64,000 bases of DNA from Amphiscolops sp. MND2022 (taxonomy: Eukaryota), in the NCBI GenBank assembly GCA_964187785.1, contig OZ076409.1, positions 51,338,001 to 51,402,000 of the forward strand. Direction: 5' to 3'. Position 1 is the stretch's first letter. Each line of letters begins with the position of its first letter. Both the position numbers and the translations under genes were made by a program. The notes under the pieces were generated by a model. That model was not told the origin of the DNA. It searched no databases and saw only the letters and a program-made list of their open reading frames with translations. Positions 12,380-26,100 of this stretch are shown here, piece by piece.

Positions 12380-14430
12380 GCACACGTCGCTACGGGTGTT
12401 GAACAGGTTTTTACAGGTATTTTCAGCCTTTTGAGCCATGCAAGGCAGTGGCAGATGGATGAAAAGCCACACCAGAGCGACGAGGGGGTGAAATGGATTG
12501 TTGCGGTTCGTTGTTTCTGGTTTCTCGAGTGACGTCCGAGAGGATTGATGTTTGTTGGACAGCGAGTGCAAGTGCTAACGATGCTTTTGGTCCAAACTGC
12601 GTGTCTCTAGGCCCGGGTGTGGGGAAAACGCTTGGCGAAGGCACGTCCCTTTGACCAGAAGTGTCGCTCAGATGGGTCATGGTTCGGGAAAAAATTGAAA
12701 AGACACGTTTTTTGTATTTTGTAGGGAGTTGCTGGTGCAGGTCTGTAACGTTTTTTTACAATGTAACGACATCCTATGGCACGCTTTTGAGCAAAGAAAG
12801 CAGAGATTTTTCGCATAAATAGCGTTTTTTCGTTTTTTTTTGGGGGGGGGGTTTGCCTTGGTTGGAGCACGACTACTCCGTAAGTCCAAAGTAGCGTCGC
12901 AAGAAGTGAGGCAAAAATAGGCTCGAGGCCTGAGACAGTCGACAAAAATCAATCGACCGTTGTTGTGGCTCTTAAGGGTAGAAAAATGTGATTTTTGTAA
13001 TGAAAAAGTGCAAAAAGTGGAAAAAAGGCTCACAATTCACCTAAACCTGCAAGTGCGATCAAGTATAAAAGACTGACAAACTAACCGACTGTAGTTTCGC
13101 GAGCGAAACACAACCCTAGGGCACTGGAAACAACTTTAGTTGCAAGTTTAATTACTTCTGGGATCGTTGATAGGTGAAAACCTTGCAATTTTGGCCGTTT
13201 TTGATCATTTTAGAGTGCAATGTCTAAACTCCTACAGTGCAAACTTTTTTTGTAACGGGAGCCTGCGCGCTCTCATTTTCTGTTTTATTAGAGAAAACGA
13301 CGTGTGGGAGTGAAAAAGGCATGTAAAATTCCTTTTAAGTGGTAAGAAAAAACGCACTGAAAACCACCTATTTAGACTATAACCGGACTGTCTGTCTATC
13401 AAGATTAAGTCATCGTTTTGATAAGCCTAACTTGAAAGTGGTAGGGTTCTCCCAACCACCACAACATTAAACGTTAGTGCCGAAAATTTGATGATCATAG
13501 CGCTGACCAAAGTCGAGTGAGGCTCACTGACGTTCTGACTTCGGAAAGAGGTAGAATAGTCGAAATTAGCCAAAACTGTGAGACTGAGAGTGTTCTACAC
13601 ATAACGAGCACAGCTAATTGAGGGCTTGTGGCAGTGCTGTGAGCAATGGGGCAACACGTTGGCCCTGTTTTGCCTGCCGTCCTTTTTGTAGTGTCAACTC
13701 TCTTAGCCCATTTGTGAAAAAGTGTCAAAAAAGACAGTTTCTGCTAAGATAGTGTCTGTATGCAGTCGTAATCTGAGGAAAATTCTCGGGCTTTCATCGG
13801 ACCCTTGAACGAGCATTGAAGGTGTTTACCAAGTTTCGTGTCGATTGGTGCCTTATTTGTTGAAAAATGGACAAGATTTGCAAAAAAGAGGTGCAAAAAA
13901 AACAATTTTTGCGAAATTTTTTGGAGGTGCTTGGACACTTTGGTTGAAAAGTGGGTGCTAATTGCCATCCACTATCGTAACTTGTGCTGGTTTGTTAACT
14001 GATTGCGAAGAAACCAAACCCTTTTACCCGTGCTTGGAAATTTACGATAAGAGTGCAATTTGACTCCTACTGATACATAGGTGTACCGCACGTCTGTACC
14101 AACGTGAAACAGTGTACAAACCTCGGAGCTCAATTCGGTACTCATTTCCATGTACCAACGGGCGTGACGAATACAAGCCACTTCTGTTTTTTGTACTCTC
14201 CAAGAAAATCAAAAGTTGTCGTAAACGTCTCGTGCTTGTCTCATTGAATGTGTAACTCTAAACTAAAGTCATTTTCTAAACTTGTGAGTTGTTAATAATT
14301 GCGTGATCGAATTTGAGCTCTCTACGACCTGTCCAAGTGATTTCGACCCATTTGAGACGTGCATAACGTGTTTTTGACTGGAGTTCTGACCGAGACGACC
14401 GGCGGTCCCGTATCCTCTGGAGGTCCTCAG

Positions 14431-17400
14431 TGGTATCACAGGTCGTCCTTGGTCATCCAGAGCGTGCTAGTGAACGTCGACTAAGTGCGTGCCGACCAGT
14501 TGACTGACGAGAGTGACGGCGGTGGTGCTGAATTGAACTTGTCAGTACTATCGGTAACGATATCTTGCGTGATAAACTTGTGTACGACCGTGTAACAACC
14601 GCCGAACAATGTTTTGCGCCGGCCCGGTAGCCATCGCCAAGCTGCTTACCCGTGGCTTGACTGGCGCCGCTGAGTTGGTTGAATCTAACACGTCCAAAGA
14701 GACCAAAACCGGCAAAACCTATGAACTGAGTTCGATACAACGCGAGAAGTCAGGGAGTAATTGCAACCTGAGTTTGCAGGAATGGCTGTCTGTGAAGTCG
14801 TTAGTGACCGGTAGGTCCTTTTCAGAAGCTTTGTCTGACAGAGTGTCTGCTGAACAGCACCGACAAGAGGAACAGGACGCAATGGCTCCTGCTCGAGATT
14901 CGTCGCTGGTCTAAGAGGAACTGATCCGAACAGGACAATGGATCCAAGACACGTGGAGTGAGTTGACGATGTGGCCTCGTACGGAAGGGTTTTGGCCCAT
15001 TCCCAATAGGCGGCTATCAATGCTACGCCTGGATAAGGCGGATGCACGAGGGCACCCAACTACGGCAGCAGTCCCGGCAGCAAAGACACTGACTCCATCC
15101 TGGAAAGCATGACGTACGTGGACGGGATGAACTACGCCAAAGATCGCCTGGAAGCCAGTCAAACCAAAGCTTTCAGGAAACGTAAAAAAGTGCGACCACC
15201 GACGTTATGCACGCAAGACGAGCTAGGAGGTGATAATGCGAATTCTGTGAGTGACGGTGCTACTTTTGTTGCATCATCGCGGCGAAGTTCTTCGGCCTAT
15301 CGAGCAGTGGAAGAAACTGCGGCGGCCAAAACTATCATGTTGGAAGCAGAGGCCGAGGCAAAGCGTGCCTTGGCACGGTTAGCTGATGCCCGTACTGAGT
15401 GTAGCGAGTAACACAAAATGATCACTGCTGAGCTCGAGGCAGTCTGCAAAAGTGGATGACACGGGGTGTCGCTTGGAGGAAATGAAAGACTTATTTCTCC
15501 AGCGCGAACTGCGTCTGGAACAACAAATGGGAGAGCTGAACACTCGCATGCATACGCTGAGTGCAGCAGTCCAGGGAGAGAAACCGAAGCCCGACACACC
15601 CACTTCATTCAACAAAAACTTTCGTGGTGCCCCATGCGGAACCTATTCCACTGCGAGGCTTGGTGGACATGGGGTCTGGGGTGTCAATTCTGACATTCTC
15701 TGCCTTCAACCGTGTCGCTGTCCAAACGGGCGCAATACTAAAGCCCTATCAGATGGATTTGTAGGCCGCTAACGGCGAAACGATCAAAATCTTCGAAATG
15801 GCGGAGCATGTGCGCTTCCAGCTAGAAGGTTACGAACTGGAGACCAATTTTGTGGTTGTGGATGACGCAATGGGTGTCGATGACTTCCTGTTGGGTCGCA
15901 ACTTCCTGGAGTTGTACCGTTCCTCGTTGACTTGACCTCCATGAAGATCTTGGTATGCGCGCTTGTGCAACCATTCTGGCATCTCGCCGAGACTCAGGTT
16001 GGCGATCCCACGTCAGCGGTCCCAGTCGCTTTGTCCAAGATTTAGGGTTGCAATGGTTTGAACGCACGGTGGCAAAAGCAAAAGTGGTCACTACTGACCC
16101 TGATCAACTAATTTTTCAAAACGAAGTGCTGAACGCATCCATTGCGGACACGTCACTGCAAAATGTTGTGTTTTTAGAGGACTACGTTGGCGCTGTCAGT
16201 GAGACAGGCCACCGCTTCGTCAGCGTAATAAACTTGAATAGCAACCCACAGCGCGTCCGTGGCGGCACACACCTGGGCACTGTGGTACCCGTGGCCCTTG
16301 TTTACCGTGCCATTCCACAACAACTGGCCAATGCAACAACTAAAACTGAGGTCGATAACGACCGTAATGACTCTTCTGTTTGTAAATTATAAGAAGCCAT
16401 GAAGTACTGAATCTCAATTAACTTCTTCATCTGAATTCGAGTTTTGTCTTCTACAGATCCCACTGAGGAAGGTCTTTCTGACCGTGAGGAGAGGAAAGGT
16501 ACTGACCCTGAGCTAAAGGCTCCTATACCAGTGCCAGGTCCTAGCTTCAGGAATTAAAGGATCACTGGTGCTCTGAGGCAAGCGCATCCTTAGAAAACAT
16601 ATTAACCGAATTCGATGATTTGTTCATGAAGCATAAGGCCGACATAGGGCGTTGCACCATTGCAAAGCGCCCCGTCGATGTAGAACCTGGTGCCGTACCG
16701 CATCGTGAAGGTGCGTAGAGGACGTCTCCTGAAAAAGCTGAACGTGCCAACAAGGAGGTGCGCAACCTGCTCGCTCTGGGAGTGGTCCAACATTCGTTGT
16801 CCCCCTGAGCAAGGGGCATCGTGATGTTTAAAAAGAAGAACGAAGTGTTGCGGTTTTGATGCGATGTTTGCCATTGAAAGAGGTAACCGTCAAGGATGCG
16901 TACCATACCCCCTGCCCTGAATTGATAAGAGCTTAGCTAGGCTAGGCAAAGCCAAGATCTACACAAGTATTGATCTGGTCTGAGCTTTCTGACAAATGAC
17001 AGTAAGAAAGGCGGACCTTCAAAAAACTGCCTTTGCCTCTGTGAACTTGGTCTCATCGAATGGAGACGTATGCCTTTTGGCATGTGCAATGCCTCTGCCA
17101 CCGTCCAGGGAGCGATAGCTCGAGAGCTACGCAAAATCGTCAACCGGAAAGGCTGCATGGTGATGGCGTACATTGACGTCATCGTAAATGCTACTGAGAC
17201 CGTGTACGACCACATGGTTTGCCTCCGTGAAGTCTTTGAGTGCTTGCGCGAAGCGGGCTTCACGATGCGGATAGCCAAGTGTGACTTCATGAAGTCGAAG
17301 ATCAAGTACTAGGCCGGCTAGTTTCCGCAGAAGGCGTAAAGAGTGACTCCAAGGTGGTTGCAAAACTACGTGATTGGGAAATTCCTCGCAACAAAACTGA

Positions 17401-17590
17401 AATGCAAAACTTTCTGTGCTTCGCTAATAATTACCGGACATTTATTCCTTGGCACGCCAAACAGGTGACACCTTTACATGCCAACACTGGAGTGAATGCC
17501 ACCTTCGCGTGGAGGTCTGACCAACAACAGGCCTTCAACGAGATCAAAAAAAAACGTTGATAGAGGCGACTGCTGACCAAATCAGTGCAG
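14431..17590 (+). mobile_element. Decayed Ty3/Gypsy LTR retrotransposon (gag, protease, RT, start of connection/RNase H), 3'-truncated
   Basis: Protease LRGLVDMGSGVSILT (~15650) and DFLLGRNFL; RT HKADIGRC, MPFGMCNASATVQ and AYIDV (decayed YIDD); then LRDWEIPRNK..FANNYRTFIP. Many stops are present. A possible PBS TGGTATCACAG is at 14431. The element is cut at about 17590 by a Helentron-type element. Confidence 0.85.
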
Positions 17591-18406
17591 TTTTTAGTCG
17601 GCGCTTCATGAAGTGAAACGCGACTATTATAGTGGCTTTGCATTTTTTTTCAATCCACACTAACTGACCAAAATAGTTCTTAAAAGTTCTACAAAATATT
17701 AATGCACCAAATTGCACTATTTGGCCTAGCGAACTGAACCAAAAAGGTTTTTCCTGTTTTTCCGCGTAACATACCATACCGGGCGAGACCAAAAAGTCAC
17801 CCCTTCCAATTATTTTTGCTGTTTTGCGTCAGAATGGATGTTGGAATATCCCAAAGGGTCCACCTTACAGCTTTTTCGACACTGTGTGATTTTTTTCCGA
17901 AAATAAAAAATTTCCCCTTGCAATTTTTTGATGTTTTACGACAGAATGGATGTTGAAAAACCCCAAGGGGTCCCCCTTTCAGTTTTTCAGCATTGTGAGA
18001 CTTTTTTCCCAAAAGTTTTTTCTCTCCAAATGGTCCCCCCTTCAATTTCTTTGATATTTTACAACTGATTGGGTGTTTAAAATCCCAAAGGGTCCCCCCT
18101 TTCAGTTTCTCGGCATTGTGAGATTTTTTTAAAAATTTGTTTTTTCTCCGAAGGGTCCCCCCTTCAACTGCGACAAAAATGTTGACAATTTCGGAAGTGT
18201 CCTTTTTTTAGCGCGCCAGGGGCTCGCGCTGGCGGGCCCCGGCGCGCCAGTCGGTCCATTTTTTGGAGTATGTAGTTTTTTAAACAAAAAATTTCGAGTA
18301 TTTTCGATTTTCGAGTACTGTAAAAGAGAAAACTTGACACTTGGAAGTCTTTTTGCTGTTTTTGAGCCTTGGATATGGCGCCGATTTGGGCCGGTCCCGG
18401 CTTGTT
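17591..18406 (+). mobile_element. Non-autonomous Helentron-type (HINE/DINE-1-like) element
   Basis: The 5' end is TTTTTAGTCGGCGC with an internal inverted copy CGCGACTA. Internal AAGGGTCCCCC tandem subrepeats follow. The 3' end has the subterminal GGCGCCGA(T)TT, a GC-rich stem and CTTGTT. Confidence 0.7.
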
Positions 18407-18696
18407 AGTTTATTTATTTAGTCTGTATTTATAGTGCGCCGTGGATGTATGGCCTTTGAGTGCCGAAATTCCTAGCTCTCGGGCTGGTGCTAAAAAATTT
18501 CACGTTTTTTGTAAAAATACGAGGTTGGAAAGTAAAAACCAATAAGATCCCAGACAGCGCTACTCTAAAAGCAGATGGCAAACGAGGATTTGTCCTTGTT
18601 CAATGATGTATCGACAGCACTGGAAGCAACCCTGTTCCTAGACGTGGTCCTGCGATGCTTGCCGGGGACGACCAGCCAGAAGCCCGGGGAGTGGTC

Positions 18697-19996
18697 TAAC
18701 GGGATCCTGTTATCAATGAAATTTTGACGCTTTTTGAAAACTTGGTTCAAATCTGACGTGGCACCCAAACATAACTTTGGCGAAGTACCTGTCCGCAAAA
18801 AGTTTTGAAAGACGGTCAAAGAAGCCGCCCGAGAGAGAGAGAGAGAGAGAGCGAGACAACAGAGTAATAACCGTAAAATAAACTAAAACGTGCCAAATCC
18901 ACGGTGTTTGCCCGCAGAATTCCCTTTGTTACGGTGCTGAATCCAGGAGTTCGATGACAGCCTAAAGAGTGTTTCCGTGCCCAAGGGTTGTGCCCAGCTC
19001 GAGCGCTGGTGCCCTGCCGCCCCAGTTTCCACAGCTTTCGCCGAACTGGACTCTATCATCGTAATTCATGTGCTTTTTGTGTATTTAGATTATAATATGC
19101 TCGAGTGCTATTTTCATGTTCGTGTTCGCGTTTACCAGCTTCCCATTGGATAAATTCAGTCATCTAGGACCATACCTTTTTTACAACCTATTTACGCGGT
19201 GGTTGCAAATTCCAGCGCAATGCCCGTGATTCCTAGCACCCTTAGGAGGCTAAAATGAGCTGGTGTCATGGTGGTTGGTCCCGGACCATATCCATGGTAC
19301 CAGTTTCAGTTCCTCCTTTCTATCGTCGCGTCACAAAAGCTTAGCGCTTGCCGTTACACTTGATTTGAATCTGAAATAGATTTCCAAGACAAATCCATGA
19401 GCTCATTAGAAAATATTCTCAGTAAAGTCTCGTCAGTGTTCAAAAGTTCAAGTTGGTGAATGGAATTTGCACGATTACACAAACTGTTTCTCTATAGGCA
19501 ACGTATTGTCTATACACTTAGAAGCTTTGATTGAAAAAGGAATGAAGCAGAAATCGAGAGGAAATTTTTTTCAAACATATGTCAATTGCAAAGACACTTG
19601 CTTGATAGTTATCAATTGCAACTACGATGAATATTTGCAAAAATGTGGACAAAGTTATGGATAGGAAAGAACGTGAACTATTGTATCCTTATTAAAAGGA
19701 TTGTTTCATGATCTTTTAATAAGGATATTATAGTTCACGTTCTTACGAAGCCTATCCATTACTTTGTCCACAACATCGTTAAACGTCTGAATTTTGAAAT
19801 CATCAACTCCATTTCTATACTGCTGCTCACTATGTTGCAAATGACCGAAAATTGAACTGTTTTTTAAATGTTAATCCCTTGTTGAGATTAATTCAAGCGT
19901 TTTTGAGACACTGTTTCCAGAAATCTCGATGACCCAGAGAAATTTCTCTGAACGTTTTGAGGACATCATTCTACTAAGAATAATGTAATGAAAGTA
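18697..19996 (+). repeat. About 1.3-kb direct repeat, copy 2, immediately downstream of carboxypeptidase gene 1
   Basis: Colinear match to 11095-12379. Confidence 0.9.
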
Positions 19997-20165
19997 TGCT
20001 AGTTAGATTTCCAGTGATGTCTGTTAACTGAGTTTTGCAGGTGCAATAGTTAATTTCTTTCCGTTGATTGTCTCAAAAAAGTCTAGATAAATGTTCAGTT
20101 TTAGGTTTATGCGAAACAATTGTTTAGCCACAGTTTGTGCTTATTGAAGTTTCTCAGTTGTTTCT

Positions 20166-23100
20166 TCAAACGTATTTGTTCTCCAGAAATGCTTTGAACA
20201 TGTAGAGGGCTGCAGCTGGCTTGTATTCCGGGACTGTATGCCCGGCTCCCCTCACAGTGCTGAACTGAAGGTGGGGCCCGTAGCTCTGCCACCAACCCCC
20301 GATCTGCTTGTCAGCCGTGAACCACGCCTGAAAAACAAAAAATCAAATCTAATATGAAACAATACCTTTCAGCGTCGAAACAGAAACTTCTTTTATCGCA
20401 CAAGCTTCAACAGATTTTTTGAGATAAAACTTATTGAGCCTCCTCGTCAAATTATAACGAAGTCCGAACAAAGGAAATATGTTTTAATATTTTTGGAATT
20501 CACAAATCGAGCAGTTCTGGAGGACCATTTTGATTCACCCATGTTCTACTTAATCATGGAGGACGACGCAAAATGACCGGTTCTTAGGCTAATAAAACGG
20601 CCGATTACGTAACTGTAACGAAATGGTCGATTTTAAAGCGCAAGAGAAAGACATGATCAACTACGAAGACACATCTACAGTGCCTTACCTACAGGAGCAA
20701 AGCGGTTGGTTTTGTGAGAAAAACCAAATAAAAACTCCTATCTTTTTTGTTCATCTATTTATCCACTATATCCTATTTTGATTGCAAAAAATCCCATTGT
20801 AATTCTAAACACACTTTGTGTGCGTTTGCATCAAATTTAGAACCCTTACTTACGTCATAGCTCGAGGTGCTGTTATATCCCAGCTGGCTAACAAAAAACT
20901 GGTCACCAAGGAAGTTACAGGCTGCATCTACATCTCCGTTGAACACCAGACTTCTAATCCCATTGTCCACTGAAAGGTTCGGACATTAGATAGAGGAAGA
21001 ATAATAGTATTGCTTGATGTTTGGAATCAGTATGCACTCGATCAAACTTAAGAACTAAACAGCCACCGTCGCAGGCACTTCATTTGATGTCATCATTTAG
21101 GATGGTAATTTTTTGCTATGCGTTTCAATGGAGCATCGATGAGGAACAATATCATTGATACCTTTTGAAATGTACCATAGATTTAATAACACTTGGTTAA
21201 AAAAAACATGAACATTTCTTTTCATCACTGTTTTGTTTTCATGAATTTCAATGAATCAAACCCATTGAAGAAACTATATTAGTCTATCTTGTGGGGAATA
21301 CAACTAGTTTAGTTTTATTATCATACGTTTTAGTTGATTAGATAATTGAGGAATCTATACAGCCCTTCCCTTTTCGGAACAAAGACAGATACTGTGCCCT
21401 AATAAGTATAGACGACAGAGAAGATTTTTGGCTGATAATTTTCCATCGCACTAAAATTTTTTGGCATGTTTTCATCATAACGAAAAAAGATAAATTGCAT
21501 ACTTATCGATGCCTATCAACACGTTCAACAATTACCCAAAATGTGGAAGGGTTCCACCACATCGTCGTATTGCCTGATGTAGTTTATGTTAGTGCTGCAA
21601 ATCTGCCATTGTCCCAGACTGCTCTCAATATGCAGGGCTTCCCTCACATCTTGTCTGTTCAAGTACGTAGTTGCACCCACTGCGTCTACACAGGGCACAA
21701 TTGGGTCACCGGACAGAATCTTTTCGAGACTCTTGGCCAATCTCTTGTTATTACCAATCAGAGGTCGGAACAGCGATTCTTCTGTCAGCTTCGCTTTCGC
21801 CATTTCACCTGAGATAAAAAAATATTAACCCTAATCGACCCAGCGTTACCATATGGCAACATACCTTTTTTTCAATTTCTAATCCATTTTGCCAGTAGCC
21901 CATATTCTCTAGCACAGTTTTTCCTCAAACATTCCTTGGTACCTAGATTGGTTTGAATGACACAAGACTTAAGAAAAATGAATATGTCTCCAAAACTGAG
22001 AAAAATGACTTTTTTGCACAAAAATGGTCCTTTTTCTCCTAAATTTCCGTTTTCAACGAAATCCAGAATTCTCAAAAAACTTTGACCCATAACAGAAACC
22101 AACCCCATACACTTGCACAACCACTACCTTCGCAAATGATCCCAATAATATTCTGTTGTTACTACAAGCCCCCGCCCAGCGGAAAAAGAAAACTAAACGG
22201 AAAAAGAAACTAAAATTCTGAAGGAGGGGGCGCGCGGCGACAGGGGCTCACCTGAGCAAAATGAAAGCCCAATGCCAGATCTTTCAAACGCGCTATGGCT
22301 CATTTCTCTGGTAAGCGTAGTTGTGGAGATATTGATGATTTAAAATTTTTTATCGAATTTTTTGAAAATTTGCAAAAAACTTGGGTCAAAGAGGGTTAAG
22401 TCCTTTTTCGCTCTTTTCTAAGTTGCACAAAGGGTTGGAGAATAGTACAAACCTGAAGCAGGAGTTCTGCCGTAGTAGCAGGTGTCGATGACGTCATATA
22501 TGTTGAGGTACTGCGAGTGGATGGCTTTGAGGACGGAGAGCAACTGGGCCTGGCATCTGAGAGAAGTGCCACTTAAGAAATCACACTGAATTTTTGTGCC
22601 TGAATTTGGAAAAAAATACTGAATGAACATTTTGACTAACTGAAATCACACAAGATTCCAGTCAAAAAATATTACGCTCTAATTTATTTGGATTTAACTC
22701 CCAAAAAGTGTTCCATTCAAGACTGTTGAGGTTTTTCAACATCACATCTCAGCATGGTTTGGCTTCTTCTCTGTAACCTTCTCATCTAAAATGAGATGCA
22801 CTTTCGTTTCATAACTTCGGTGATTGGTCATATGAATTTTCAATTTGTGTTAAGATGCAGCTTATTGCAGTTTCGGGAAATGAGCATTTTTGAGAGTAGA
22901 CAACTTTTCATCCCCTTTGAATAGTTTCCTCTACCTCATTATCGAAGCAAGTGATCTTTGTAAGCTGGTTGCTGGAGTAACCTGTTTCTTACTTGGACAA
23001 TAACAGTAGCTGAGGAGCCTTTTGTAGTGATCGATAGAGATTATTCCGTGGTTGTAGGCAAAAGTGATGAGCGAGTTTGTGTTGTTGTTGTAGCTCAACA

Positions 23101-26100
23101 GACCATTTCCAATGGCGAAACCTAAAATTGTTTTTAAAAAACTTGTTTCAAAAAATAGTCCAAACAATATTTTCAAAGATATATACATTCCTTATCTGTA
23201 AATTTGACAAAGCCAAAAAAGGTGTTGATCAATGCAAAAACTTCTGTGCTCAAGAACCACAAAACAGCTAGAGGGACGTCCCAAATTTCAGACCATTACG
23301 TTACACGTAAAATGAAGAGTTCATTATACAAGACGCCCGCTGAGCAGCGAGATATTTTCCGCCTAAACTTTTCTACAACTAAATAAACTTGAGGCTCAAG
23401 AATAGCCAATGCACTATTAAAACGCAAAGAAGTTCTAAGACAGGAAAGCTTTGATTCACTTGGTCAAAGAGTACCCCCTTGCTTTGATAGCTCATTTCGG
23501 CTTGAGAAAAGTAGTTTTGCGATGTGAAATTCGTTTCGCTATCATAAACTTTACCGGGAAAAAATCAAAAAAATGGATTTTTTTGTGATTCCTGTTGGGC
23601 AAAAAGTGGTTTCCTAGTCTCAAACGTATGTCTTGAGGTAATTTTTGGCTCTGATAAAATGGTAAAAGCTTGAAACTAGGTCCATTGCAAATTTAAAACT
23701 AGGTCCTTTGCAAATTTAGGAAAGTTGAGCGATCCCCGTTTGTTATATTAGTGCACATAATTTCACCAGAAATGTCAAAAATTGGAGAACTTTTCAAACA
23801 AAAAACTACAGATGTCTCTTCAAAATTAGGCCTACTGGACACCAAGTTTAACTGGTTTTGAATGTTTACACCATTCTAACCCACAAAGTAGCTCGAAACA
23901 CCTTCCTTTTGAAGGTGCACTCCGTAACTAGTGATTTTGCTGGGAGGTTTTTGAATATTAAATATTGGATGAATGAGGTCGAAATTTACGTTCCCAAATA
24001 AAGTTTTTTAAAGTTGGGCAAATGAACCTGTCTGATATCTTTCTGAAACACTACCGGTAGCTACACGTTTCAATCCGGAGAACATGGTATGGCTGATTGA
24101 AGTAAAATTTCGGAAAGGTTCCAAAATTGGGACTATGTTGTTGGAAATAAAGAATGTTCGGACACATTTGTTGTAAACTCGAAGAACTTCATCCCACTTT
24201 TTCCCAATTGCGTTCTGGATACATTATTGTTTCAACGCTCAGGTCATTAGATGTTCTATTCTTCAAAAACGTTCGTGGTTTGAACAAAAAATGGGATTAG
24301 TTTGTTGAACAACGAGATTTTTTGTTGTTTCATTGATTTTTGGGTGTTTTTAGGCCAATTCCAACAAACAAATGCAGTTATCTCTTCAATATTGCCTACT
24401 GGAGATAACCGAAGTAGTTATTGTTGAGGTTTGTCAAACCATTTTATGCAAACCTTGTAGAAAAAACTGCCTAAATTTGTAAAAAAAAACTTGAAAGTTC
24501 TCAGTTTATCCACATCTTGGGACATTCAGAGGATACTTTTGACCTAAAATTATGCATTTTTTAAAGCACGTGCTTCAGATCTGGAATTTTTTGAACTTTT
24601 TATTTTACCGAAAAGTTCCAATCTCAAATAAAAAATACCTGAATTTGTCGGAAATCGACGAAAATTTTGAAACTTTTGACAATATCGATTTTTGCGGTCA
24701 ATTTTGAGACATTTTCCAAACGAAGTCTGCAAATATTCCTATAAAAGCCTACTGGAATATGAGTTCAGTCGTTTGTTGAATGTTTGCTAACATTTGGACT
24801 CCAAAACGATTCAAAAAGTACACAGGTTGCACAAAAACGAAGATGTTGAATTTTTTCATTTCCTTTGGAGTCTTTCTGAAATGTTTTTGAAGCGAAACGC
24901 GGCAATGTTCTCATCAAAATTTGTAATGCAAAATTCGTTCTTTTGTTGTTGAGTTGATTGTGTTGGAACCTAAAACAAAATCGTTCAAAAAATGTACAGA
25001 AATTGCATCAAAAACGACAAAAACTTCAAACTTTTTTGACGTTTCTGGCTCAATTCGAGGCATTTTTCTTTTACAAATAGAACTTATCTCGTGGTGAAAG
25101 CTCACCGATACAACAAATTTGCCCATGCTTCAGGCGTTTTTACAATCTAGTCCTCGAAGTCTATCAATGTTTTGACAAAAATGGAACAAAAATAGCGAAA
25201 ATCGAAAATATTTCGAAATTTTGTCTACTTCGATGACCATTCCGGAGAGTTTTCGTTTGAAAAATTGCATTTGTCTCTTTTCTAACCATACTAGACAACA
25301 CATTTTTTCCTTGTTGACACTTTTCAGCGTTCCAGTTGACGAAGTCTGTCGAAAATTAGGAAAAGTGCACAAAACCTTTGAAATTCGGAAAATTTTTGGG
25401 GTTTTGTCAATTTGATACATTTTCAATCAGAACTTTGCTTTTATCTCTTCAAAGAAAAACTACTGGAAAACCAACTTTTTCCTTGTTGACGCTTTAAATG
25501 TTCCAATCCTCGAAGTCTGTCAAAACTTCAACAAAAGATGCCTAAAATCTCCGAGAAATGGAATTTTTCTTGGGAATTTCGTCAATTTCGGGGTTAATTT
25601 GAGACCTTTTCACCTGAAAACCTAATAAATTCTTCAAAAAAGCTTACTGGACAACCAACGTTTTCCCTGTTGACCCCTTAAAACATTCTAGTTGGACGAA
25701 ACTTTAACAAAAAATGCAAAAAAAACCTTTGAAAATTGAAAAATTTTGGTTTTTTTTCTATTTTGGTGTTAATTTGAGACATTTTCATCTTAAAAAAACA
25801 GCAATAAACTCTTCGGAAAAGCCTACTGGACAACAAATGCTTCCCTTGTTGACCGTTTTCGACGTTCCAATCCTTAAAGTCCGTTGAAAATGTTGGGAAA
25901 AATGTACAAAATCTTTGAAAATTGAAAAAAAATTGGGATTTTTGCTTTTTCGGTGTCATTTTGAGATTTTTTCATTTGGAAAAGTGCAATTATCTTTTCG
26001 AAAAAGGCTACTGGACTACGAATTAGTTGCATGTTGAGTATTTCCGATATTCTAATCCACGATTTCTACCGAAAATTTGACAAAAACTGCATGAAAACGT

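Noticed and set aside
12380..14430. Possible long 5' LTR/leader of the Gypsy element
   Set aside because: It looks repeat-derived, but I could not define termini or a partner copy in the window, so it is left unannotated.
11095..19996. 1.3-kb direct repeats as LTRs of the Gypsy at 14.4-17.6 kb
   Set aside because: No TG...CA termini, adjacent PBS/PPT or TSD were found, and about 2 kb of unrelated DNA separates copy 1 from the Gypsy.
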